Shown here in pieces: positions 35,914 to 46,200 of a DNA stretch of 64,000 bases. The translations under genes were made by a program, and so were the position numbers. A model generated the notes under the pieces. That model searched no databases. It had not been told where the DNA came from and saw only the letters and a program-made list of their open reading frames with translations. Origin of the DNA: Anolis carolinensis (taxonomy: Eukaryota); assembly GCF_035594765.1 (NCBI RefSeq), contig NC_085845.1:190294897-190358896 (forward strand), in the 5' to 3' direction. How positions within the stretch are numbered: the stretch's first letter is position 1; every line of letters starts with the position of its first letter.

Positions 35914-37187
35914 CCATCCCCTGCGATGGTCTCCCCACGGCCAAAGAGACTGCAGATTTATTCCTTCAACATATTTTCCGACTACATGGATTGCCCAAGA
36001 GTTTAGTCACTGACCGTGGATCTCAATTCACCTCTCGTTTCTGGAAAGCACTACAAAAACTATTGGGCATAGACTCTCGTTTATCTTCAGCTCACCATCC
36101 CCAAACGGATGGGCAAACTGAGCGCACCAATGCCACTTTGGAACAATACCTTCGCTGTTATGTAAACTACCAACAGGACAATTGGGCTTCCCTATTACCT
36201 CTGTCAGAGTTTGCATACAACAATGGTGTCCAGGCTTCAACTAAAGAAACCCCGTTCTTTGCAAACTACGGTTTCCATCCACGTTTCTTTCCTTCTGTCA
36301 TTGAAACCTCAGAAGTCCCTGCAGCGGAGGACTGGCTGCAGGAACTCACAGCGGTGCAACAACTCTTGCACCAGCAACTGGATCAAGCCAAGGAGGACTA
36401 TAAACACTACGCTGACGGTCATCGCCAACCGGGCCCCGAGATCAAGGTAGGAGATCGGGTTCTGTTGTCCACTCGCTTTTTGCCCTCCCACCGTCCCTGC
36501 CGGAAGTTAGATGCCCGTTTCATTGGTCCCTACCCAGTGGTGGAGCAACTTAACCCTGTGACTTTCAAACTCCAACTTCCGCGCTCCATGCGCATTCATC
36601 CGGTGTTCCATCGTTCCCTGCTCCTTCCGGCGGATGGTGTACGCCCCGACGCGAGCCGGCCGGCCCCCGCCCCTGTTTTGGTGGACGGAGAGGAAGAATT
36701 CGAGGTTCAGGACATTTTGGATTCTCGCTTCCATCGCCGCCGCCTTCAGTATCTCATTGACTGGGTAGGTTTTAGCCCCGAAGAACGCTCCTGGGAAGAT
36801 GCTTCCACAGTCCATGCCCCCGACTTAGTTCGCCGCTTCCATCAGGCCTACCCTACCAAGCTGCGGCCCCGCGACTCTCGGAGAGGGGCCCTGATTGAGG
36901 GGGGCCTTGAGGGCGGGGATAGTGTGAGGACTCATGGGCCTTGTAGTCCTGTTCCTAGTACTATTGTGACAGACGAAGAGGAAAACATGGGGTTTTCGCC
37001 GGTTCAGCAAGAGCCGGAGTCTCTTCACCTGCAGGATGTTGATGTTTGCCCTCAAGAATTCAGCCAAACAGGCCTTGGGCAGAACTCCCCACCGTTTCCC
37101 AGAAAAGAATCTTATTCCAGAGAAAGGGGAGCCAGGGAGGCCCAACGGAGGAGTTCACGCTTAGCTGCCAAACATCAAGCTAATTAG
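35914..37187 (+). pseudogene. pol: pol 3' part: N-terminally deleted integrase, chromodomain and LTR-encoded tail
   Basis: IPCDGLP... is nearly identical to copy A through the chromodomain (36696-36842); out of frame with RT; the stop lies inside the 3' LTR. Confidence 0.95.
36909..36922 (+). promoter_or_regulatory. Polypurine tract of copy B
   Basis: GAGGGCGGGGATAG directly before the 3' LTR. Confidence 0.88.
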
Positions 37188-37789
37188 GTCTGCTTCCCTT
37201 GGGAAATTCTAAGGAGTCACACATCTGGACAGAGTTGGGTTTCGTTTCCCGTTCTCTAGGGAAAGAGTTCTGTTGGCGGGAAAACGAGACCCAATATAGG
37301 TGTTTGGCGCGAGGAATTCTTTGCGGAGTCAATTGATCAGCTAGAGGAGAGAGATCGTGTGTGGACTTCGTAATCCCAGTTCCTTGCATCCCGGATCAAA
37401 CTTCAAGCCTTGCCCTGTCTCACGGTTTTACCACGGACTCTGTTTCATGCTTCATGTTTGCCTCGTTTTCAGTCACGGATCTAGCCAAGAATCAAGTTTA
37501 TTTCCAGCCTTGTTGTCAAGCTTCATTGGACTTTAAAGACTCTGTTATTTCCCCACACTATTGCTTGTTAAAGTGTGTGTTTCGGTCAAGTGGATTAAAA
37601 CTTTGAACTCTAATATCTTATATTGGACAATACATTTCTGGACTATATTTGACCTCATCTGAAAGGTCTGCTTCTGAACTATATTCTTCACTTGTTTTTA
37701 TTGATTTTATATATTTCTTTAATAAAGATATTAGATAGAGACTGGCCTCTGTGTAAGGTTATTGGTGCTCTGCAGCCTGGGTCCTGACA
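36923..37789 (+). repeat. 3' LTR of copy B (867 bp)
   Basis: Direct repeat of 32762-33628, followed by the TSD ATCAA. Confidence 0.97.
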
Positions 37790-38222
37790 ATCAATGAGAA
37801 CCCAAGTAATCACTAGGCTTGCACCATCTGGGTAAACCTTGATTCGTTTTGGTGTCTTGGCTTTCATTGCGAGTCCCAATCTGTTTTTTTAGGAAGACTG
37901 AAATCAGTTTTTGATCCAAAAAGTCAAAATATTCATTTTCAATCTGGCCCATTGTTGGCAATGGGAATGGGCTTCTCAGGTTTAAGGCAAGGGCTTAAGA
38001 GACCCCCATTCCTGCTATCCTTTCACTTCTCCCTTTAGAGGAGACCCAGGTTAAAGGTAAGGGCTTAAGAAAGTCTCCTTCCTGCCATCCTTTCTGGGAG
38101 CCTAATATTCATCCATGTTCTCAGGGCAGCCTCTGAACACACTGTTAACCCCAACTACAGCACAGCCATGGAATTATTTTAATTTGTTTATGTGTTGATT
38201 CCCAGTTCAATACCTGATTTAT

Positions 38223-38385
38223 GACCTCATCACATTGGGAATTTTTTCTTTCCTAAAATGCTGCCGAGCCGGAGCTGGGATGGAACCAGAAATAGCTCTA
38301 CATCATGTGATGGGCTCCAGCAGTTCTGTCCTGACTGCATTTCGGCAGCAACCTAGGACAGGAAAAAGGCTCCGTGAAATGAAGT
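38223..38385. mobile_element. Degenerate palindromic MITE
   Basis: GACCTCATCACA start; arms TGCTGCCGA/TCGGCAGCA and TTTTCTTTCCTA/TAGGACAGGAAAA. Confidence 0.55.
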
Positions 38386-40474
38386 GGTAAATCAGGTATT
38401 GAACTGGGAGTCAACCCATGAGCAAATTCAAATGATTCCATGGCTATGTGGTAGTTGGGATTACCTTTTAGGATTTAGGCCATTGGGAAATAGTTACACT
38501 TGTAGGACCCTGCTTACAGAACAATAAATTGAATATGTACAATGCATAATGACCAAGAAATAGTGGAAACATACGAGTAAAGGAACTGGCATATGTTTAT
38601 GACATCAATCATATTCTTGCCAATACTTGCTATATAGTTTCTTTCACTACATAAACTCTATGAAGGATCTCTTACTTATGTCCAACTTTCTGCTATTAAA
38701 TCCTGTGAAAGCTGGTGGATATATCCAGAAGAGCAAGCAATGACCTCATTATTTTCTTGCTGAAAAGTCTTATGTGTTTACTCTTTGCTGGCTTTCTCTT
38801 GTACGTGGGTGTGTGGGAACATCTTGTCACAAGGCATTGGCCCGTACTAAAATCCAGATCTTGATCCAAACTTCCCAAAATTAATGAACACATTTTTATC
38901 AATAATTTACTGGCTTTGATTAATAATGAATAAAGATCTGGAGAAGAAGGGCAACACTTTACAAACCCTATGGAGAGAGCAATCTCCAGCTAGTGGTATT
39001 GCCATCTTTGAATCTCACCCTCCAAACCTCGCTTACATCACTGTGCAAAGAGCTTTTAAATATTTCCTAATTGCAGAAAGTTGTCTTGCATTTGGCCATT
39101 TGCTTTCTCCTCATCATTGATCTGCTGATGTATTACTGTCAGCCAGCTCAATGCTCTGTTGAGATATTTTATTGTAATTAATTTACAGGGGTGATAGCCA
39201 TTGACTGATAGGGAAGCAAAGGAAGATTTGTTCTATATGCTTTAGTGAAGTAAAAAGGAAAAAAAAGAGAGAAAGGAAGAGGGACAAAATGGAGCAATAT
39301 TCTGTTTAAGTACTATTGTAAAACCAATAGAATGCCCAATGGTTTTCACCAGGCTCAGCAATTTTCAATCAGTGTTTTGTAAAGTGAAATAAAGACTTTT
39401 TTCCAGTTAACAAAGCCTCTGGCAAAGAAGCACCTTACAAAGTTTTTCATGTCCATCCAGACTCCATTTCCTCTTATCCTTTATCTAGCTATTTTCTTTA
39501 GCAGTGTCAACACTGGGAGGATGGTGGAGGTGGGTTCGAGAAACACAGACCTCCAGAGTTCCACACTGCAACTGTGTGACTACAATAAGAAACAATAAAA
39601 AGTAAGACATGAACCTTCAGCTGGGATAGTGCCTTCAAGTAGTTCCTTGGAATTTCAGCATTCTTTTGTTTACTACTGCAAGACTTCCGTGAACTGGTAG
39701 TTTCATTCACATGCACATACTGCTAGTTGTGAATACAAAGTTTGCTAAAATGTGTTGAACAGCTCTTCTATACTGTGATTTAGGATCCTACCTCTATTCT
39801 TTACGTTCTGTTTCTGACATTGGTGTCAAATTTTGTATTCATGAAGAAACACCCAATAATACATCAACTATGTTAACTGAAGTATAATTACAATTGTGTA
39901 CCTTCAGGTTGTGTCCAATTTGTGACAACTCTAAAATGAATCCCAGTGGGATTCCATGACTGAGTGGAGATTCAAACTCTGTTCTCCAGAGTTGTAGAAG
40001 GCTACAATTTGATAGAATTAGTTGGCAAGCTGAAGGAAGATTTAGGGACTGGGCTTCTAGCATTTAAAAAAGTACATCCTTAGGTGGAATCCGTATGTCC
40101 CAATTGCTGAAGGTGGCAGATTGTAGGGGTGCAGTATGAAATCAGTGCTAAAGCTGAGTGGGACAAGGTAAATGGATCATGGCTTAAGTGATCCTCAAAA
40201 TATTTTGTGCTAATAGCCTGTCAAAATTCTCCATCCTGCTGTGGTTACAATATTTGACTACAACTCTGGAGAGAAGGATTTATATCCTCGCTCACTCTAA
40301 AACCCACCAGGTGACCCTGGGCAAGCCACACTCTCTCGGCTTCAAAGGAAGGCAATGGCAAAACTCTTCTGAAAAAAAATGTTACCAAGAAATCCTTGTG
40401 ATAACTTTATGTCAAGGTTTTCTTAGACAAGAAATACCCAGAAGTATTCTCACCAATTCCTTTCTTTGAAATAC

Positions 40475-40581
40475 AACTTGCAGCACCTGGTATTCGCTAA
40501 CAATCTTCCATCCAAGTAGTAATCAGACTTTCTTAACTTCCAAGATAAGTGAAGTTCTGGTGCCTTTAAGGTATTTAGGCC
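40475..40581 (-). pseudogene. Second, more degenerate 5S rRNA-derived fragment
   Basis: CAGCACCTGGTATTC...CCATCCAAGTA matches the reverse complement of the 5S 3' half. Confidence 0.6.
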
Positions 40582-40909
40582 TAGTGTGTAGCAGCACTAT
40601 TTCAGTAGTGGGAGAGGCAGTCAACAAGTTACACAAAGAAATAAATTAGGCCCATGTTGGATATAACATGAAAGAAGTAATCTATTTGAAGTGTTTTTAC
40701 CCTTGCTCATATGCATCTTGCATTGCACTTGTCCTACATGTAAGTGGTCTTATCAGTTTATGAACACAAAATTAATTGATACAAAATACACCAAAATGTA
40801 ATTAGTACATTTATTAAATGTTTTGATTTGATAAAACATGGGGTACAGCTGCTGCTGGCTTTCCGTGGCTTTGAGCTGCATTGAAATAGCGTAACTTTGG
40901 TAAAGCCAT

Positions 40910-41055
40910 ATTGTTTTCATTGTTTTCATTGGATTTTCATTGCTATGTTTTAATTATGTGTAGGCATCGAATTGTTGCCAATTGTGTATGCCGCCCTGAG
41001 TCCCTTCGGGTGAGAAGGGTGGGATATAAATGTTGGAAATAAATAAATAAATAAA
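40910..41055 (+). mobile_element. L2/SINE2-type 3' tail with (TAAA)n
   Basis: GCCGCCCTGAGTCCCTTCGGGTGAGAAGGGTGGGATATAAAT...(AAAT)n. Confidence 0.75.
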
Positions 41056-44000
41056 GCGGAAAGGTTAAAAAATAAAAATAACAATCATATAAATTCATGT
41101 GATCTCTTCCAGATTAATTTGGGAGGGGAGCAAAGTGTCTCATAACAGTTTGGCATTTCAAGTTCAGGACCTTCAAGTTCAGCAGAAGGCCCTCCTGCCT
41201 TACACTATTAGTGTGCTCAGTTTGACAAGAATACCAAAGATCATGGGCAATCTGAAGGCGGCTCATCTATATGGACAATATAATTTGGACTCACTGCAGA
41301 TTTGATTCTGACTGTTCCTACAACATTCTTGCTCCTCCAGTAGGTATCATGGGGTAAATTGACTTAATCTGGTTTAGTCCTGAATGAAAAGAAGTAATCT
41401 GCACTGGGAAAACGTTGCTGCCATTGCCATTTCCAGATCACCACAGAGCTCTGTGTGAGTTCCTGGCTGTCGTGGCCAGATCATGTTGATATCAACCAGT
41501 GGTGCCTGCACAACCAGGAAAAAGTGAATGATTGGCTCCCTCTTCTTCCTTGTAACGTGGCACCAGCCAGTGTAGACATGGCTTAAGAGAACTCTCAGTT
41601 TGTATGGTGCATGCTGAGGGAGCTCCCTCCAGGTGTGAGACACCGAAGCTCCCTCCCACAAATCCTCACCATAGTCTTCAACAAAGTTCTCTTCTTCACC
41701 ACTGACATTGTCTTTGGATTCCAGACTATACACAGGTTAAATAAATGTAGTTAAGAATGTATTAGCCTGTTAGCTGGTTTACTAACTTTGTTTCATCGAG
41801 ATCCCTAAAGAAAATCATAACATGGGCCTGCAGCAGGTTTTCTACTAGGTCAAAAGAAGAGAGCAAGAGCAAGAAGCTCAGAGGTGGGATTGTGCTTAAG
41901 GGGACAACACACCATTCATTCAGTGTGCCTGAACAAAACATTACAAGAAAGCTTCCCCCAGTACAGCAATCTTTAACAAGACAATGTTAACTAAAACAAT
42001 TGGAGTAAATATTTTGCGATATGGAAATTATGGAATAATGCTATTGTTAGTGACACTTAGTAACAGCTGTCCTTTAAAAAAAAGGAGGTGAAAAAGAAAC
42101 CTGTGAATTAATCTTTGTCTGTACATGTAGTGCCAGATGCTAACATGACCACAAAAACCAGGTATTTAAAGCTACATTTTATAAAAGCACCATGGCAAAA
42201 ATCAATAGAAAGCTTTAGTGGGCAGAATGTCTGTAATAGTAGCAAGTAGAAAGGTTAGTGGAGAAGTTAATGGTTCTATCAGGCATAAAGCAGAGTTAAA
42301 GCGTGAGGGAAAGTGCTACCACAAGTGGTTCATTAACCTTTTGGAACCCCAGCACACCTTCAAAATAAAGATTACGAGAAACCTGATGCTGCCTCGACTA
42401 GTACTTGTTAGCACTTACTTTCACAAACCAAGTGTTTTTCAATGCATATGACAAAACAGCCAACAGAAATGAGCCTAGGAGCTGAAATATTTTAGGGAAA
42501 GGCATCACAAACTTTCTGAATAGCAGTGCTTGCCAGAACCTTTTTCAGTGTCTGGAAACAAATGTCAGAAAATATTCAAGTGTGTGTAAGGCAGAGTTGC
42601 ATGAGCGTTAGAGAAATGGCATGTTATTAGAAAAGAGAGAAAAAACAGGGAGTGGCTCCATCAACCTTTAGCTTTTTCATTTCTGATTTATGGTGTCCCT
42701 AAGGCAACTGTATCACATTTTAGGGCTGAGATGTGGGACTCTGGTCTTCAGAGTCATAGTCCAGTGCTGAAACTACTACACCACACCGGCTCTTTACAAA
42801 TGTTATATGGTTCTGATAATAAATTAAAAAGAAGATGGGCCAGAAGAAAAAGAGGAAAATGAAGGAAGAGGAGGAAAATAAGAAAGAGGAGAAAGGAGGA
42901 GGAGTGGTGCTGGCTGTCACCGCAGGGATCTACTAATGGGTGGATTAGGTACCCATTGGAATGATACATATACATGGGATTAAGTTTTATAAAATTCAAA
43001 TTTGCATTCCTTCACAACATCAGAATCTCTGTCTTCCACACCTGCAATATGTCTCTGCCTCTCTCATTTGTGTTCCAGGGGCTTTTAGAGAAGGATTTAA
43101 GCAAGCAGCTGCTACATATGTGAATGCCAGTGCTTACTGGCCAAGCTAACCAGCAGGAGGTACCGCTTGTGCAAGATGGCTGAATCCTTTTCAGAGATTG
43201 GGTTAACCTTTGGTGTCATATCCGTATGCCACCAGCTCTTGGCGTTAAGTCTCCGGCTTGCTTTCCTCTCCAATTTGTCCATTTGGTATTATTTTTTGCT
43301 GCTGTGTCCTCTAGTCCTCTATCGTCTCTCTCTCTCTCTCTCTCTTCAAAATGAACTTTTTCATACTGTTTGTGGGTATAGTTCATAACAAGTGAGAGAA
43401 CTTTAGTTCATACTTGTGGGGAGGGATGGGGGAGTTGTTTATTGGCCTGCATCCCCAGCACAAAATCTGTTAGAAATGGATTCTGCCAAAACGAAGAACA
43501 AAGTGAGAGTGTAAAATGTTTCATCTGCCAGACTGTATTTTGAATAGGTTTAGGTATTTGAGCTTTTTTCCTATGCAATCCAAGCCACCACATCATTTCA
43601 ATGACACATTATCCTTGGAAAAAGCTCACCCTTTATTTCTCCGCAAGGACAGGTTTTGTACATGCACTTAAGACTCTCCAGCTGTGACAATGCAAGAAAA
43701 AAAATCCTTGTCATTTGGGCACACCTAGAATAATAGAAAAAAATTCTGTTACATTGCCATGAAACTGATCTTTATTAGAATACAGCCTTCACTGGCCAAG
43801 AGCGCCAGGAGCCAGTTGAGAAAATACTTTCCAGCCCAGGAGTGTTGGAAACTACTTAGGAAATTACCTGCATCGTGGTCTATTATATGCACTTGTGTAT
43901 AAGTCAACCCTCTGTATAAGTTGAGGGCAGATTTGGGGAGTCAACATTGATATGAGCTCAATAGGCTGGGAATTATTCTGTAGAATGCTGGAGACAGAGT

Positions 44001-44384
44001 AATCTGAGCCAGAATTTTGACCAGTTATTCCTGGTTTTATAGTAGAAGAGAAAAGAGACAGAAGGGAGATGACTATGGAAAGTGGTGATAATGTGATAAA
44101 GGACCTAATGTGAAAAAAATTATAATGAGCATTTGTAAATGTATGTATAGAGACAGTACTCAACTCCTTCAAATTTATGGGAAAATATTATTTGCAAGAG
44201 GACATGTGTTACAGATTCTTGTTGCTAATTTTTTGCATATTTTTCGTTCTGTTCTAAAGTGTGTTCTAGTTTTTGAGAATGAAAGAAGTTCTAATGGAAA
44301 TATGCTCATCTCTTAAAGTTAAACTTTTCAAATATCTTTTAAATATATTTGAAAGGTTTTGAATTAGTTATGTATTCATTAATG

Positions 44385-44535
44385 AGACAGTATGGACTAT
44401 GACTCTGGAGACCACAGTGCAATTCCCTGCTTGAACATGGAAACCCACTGGGTGACTTTTCTCAGCCCCAGACAAGCTTATGATAGTTTCATCTTAGATT
44501 TGTCATAAGCTGGAAATGACTTGAAGGCACACCGA
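44385..44535 (+). mobile_element. Old tRNA-derived SINE remnant; relatives at about 40240-40420 (+), 42720-42792 (-) and 39930-40000 (-)
   Basis: Shared GGACTATGACTCTGGAGACC...CCCACTGGGTGAC motifs. Confidence 0.5.
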
Positions 44536-44622
44536 AATAACAAAATATATTCATTAATCACCTCAAGACAAGCTGTGCCATAACACAGTTAACTAAATTT
44601 ATATACTCTAAATGGAGAAAAA

Positions 44623-44695
<73 letters not shown>

Positions 44696-44715
44696 TAGAT
44701 AGATGCTAGATAGAT
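44623..44715 (+). repeat. (AGAT)n/(AGAC)n microsatellite
   Basis: Direct inspection. Confidence 0.98.
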
Positions 44716-45167
44716 ATGAGTAACTACTGGAACACAAATTTACTATGATAATATATATTATCATTATTATATTTATTTATAACCCACTTTATCTCCCCAG
44801 AGGGGACTCAAAGCCGCTTGACATAAAAGCATTGGTATCTAATTTAAAATATAAAAATATACAAACATTAAAACAGTGTTATACACAATCAATATTTAAA
44901 AATTCAGTTACATCTTTAAACATTCTTAATTCTTAAATGATTTTGTTGGCAGTGTGTACATGTATAAATTGCTGATACCTTAGGATCTAATAAAAATTAT
45001 AAAAATAAAAAGAGATGAATATTTTAAAGAAAGAAAAAAATAAACAAGTGAAAATGTACACAAATAAAAAGCAGCAACACCGATCCATTCTTTTCAGCTT
45101 GATTTCAGTTTCTGGAAGGAGATACATGACATACTCAAGGGAGCAAAGGCATTCTATAGCTCTAGGT

Positions 45168-45302
45168 CAGTGGTTCCCAACCTGTGGGTCCCCAGACATT
45201 TTGGCCTTCAACTCCCAGAAATCCTTACAGCTGGTAAACTGGCTGGGATTTCTGGGAGTTGCAGGCCAAAATACCTGGGGACCCACAGGTTAAGAACCAC
45301 CG
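45168..45302. mobile_element. Palindromic hAT (URR1/Charlie-like) MITE, 135 bp
   Basis: CAGTGGTTCCCAACCTGTGGGTCCCCAG / CTGGGGACCCACAGGTTAAGAACCACCG; TSD CTCTAGGT/TTCTAGGT. Confidence 0.88.
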
Positions 45303-46046
45303 TTCTAGGTAATCTGTGCTCCCATAGGCACCCATGGCCTGCATTTGACCCTTTGAAGTCTTCCGTGTATCTTATAGACTCCTTGATTTCCACCTGCTTT
45401 GGTACCTATCTCCTCACTACCATAGCAAATAGTTGAGCATAAATCTGTGTGCTACTCAGCTGTTTCTCATAACAATCAGTCAAAAGAAAAGAAGTACAAG
45501 TTGAGTACAAGTTCATACTCTAACACAAGAGTGGATGTAAAGCATGATAGTGTGTGGGAGAAAGAGAGGTGAGGAGGGAAAAGGGAAAGCTCACGTTGTT
45601 AGATCTGTGTTTGTGTGGACTGGATGCTGGCATATGTTTGTGTACTAGCACGGTGAAGTAGAGCTGAAACCCAACTCAACCATAACCCTCCCTACCAGGA
45701 AAATGCACCACTTGACTCATTACATATTGTCCTTATGGGCAAAAGGGTGGCTTATCCCAAATTAGGATCTAGATCAGGAGAACTTAATTTACATTGCGAC
45801 ATCATAGAATCAACAAGTTAGACGGGACCTCAAGAATTACAGTTCATCTCTTTGTCAATGTAGGAAATCTGTTGGTATAACAGAGATGGCAATCATTTGA
45901 TTGTCCAGATATTGTGGGTCCTTAGAACTGCTGTACGTCCTAGTAGCTCTAGGCAGCTTAGTTAATAGTGAGGAATGCTGACAATTTCAGTCTAGCAACT
46001 CCAGAAGGACTGCACAATTCCCACAATCCTAATAGTTGGCAATTGA

Positions 46047-46200
46047 NNNNNNNNNNNNNNNNNNNNNNNNNNNNNNNNNNNNNNNNNNNNNNNNNNNNNN
46101 NNNNNNNNNNNNNNNNNNNNNNNNNNNNNNNNNNNNNNNNNNNNNNNNNNNNNNNNNNNNNNNNNNNNNNNNNNNNNNNNNNNNNNNNNNNNNNNNNNNN
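46047..46200. other. Assembly gap (N run)
   Basis: Run of N. Confidence 1.

Larger units (their letters stand above)
32762..37789 (+). mobile_element. Ty3/Gypsy chromovirus (Tf1/sushi-type) provirus, copy B; both LTRs intact, internally deleted
   Basis: Two 867-bp TG...CA LTRs, 5-bp TSD ATCAA (32757-32761, 37790-37794), domain order gag-PR-RT-(deletion)-IN-chromodomain. Confidence 0.98.

Noticed and set aside
35910-37187. 425-aa ORF as a domesticated host gene (PEG10/RTL1/GIN-like) or env
   Set aside because: It lies between near-identical LTRs with a TSD, its ATG is created by a deletion junction, and it has no signal peptide or transmembrane segment.
37975-38100. Degenerate ~70-bp tandem duplication (GGTTWAAGGYAAGGGCTTAAGA)
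   Set aside because: It is a two-unit local duplication with no further structure.
45168-45302. Long hairpins as pre-miRNAs (also 24670, 38223 and 61258)
   Set aside because: They are explained by palindromic MITEs with TIRs, TSDs or multiple copies; I recognised no known mature miRNA.
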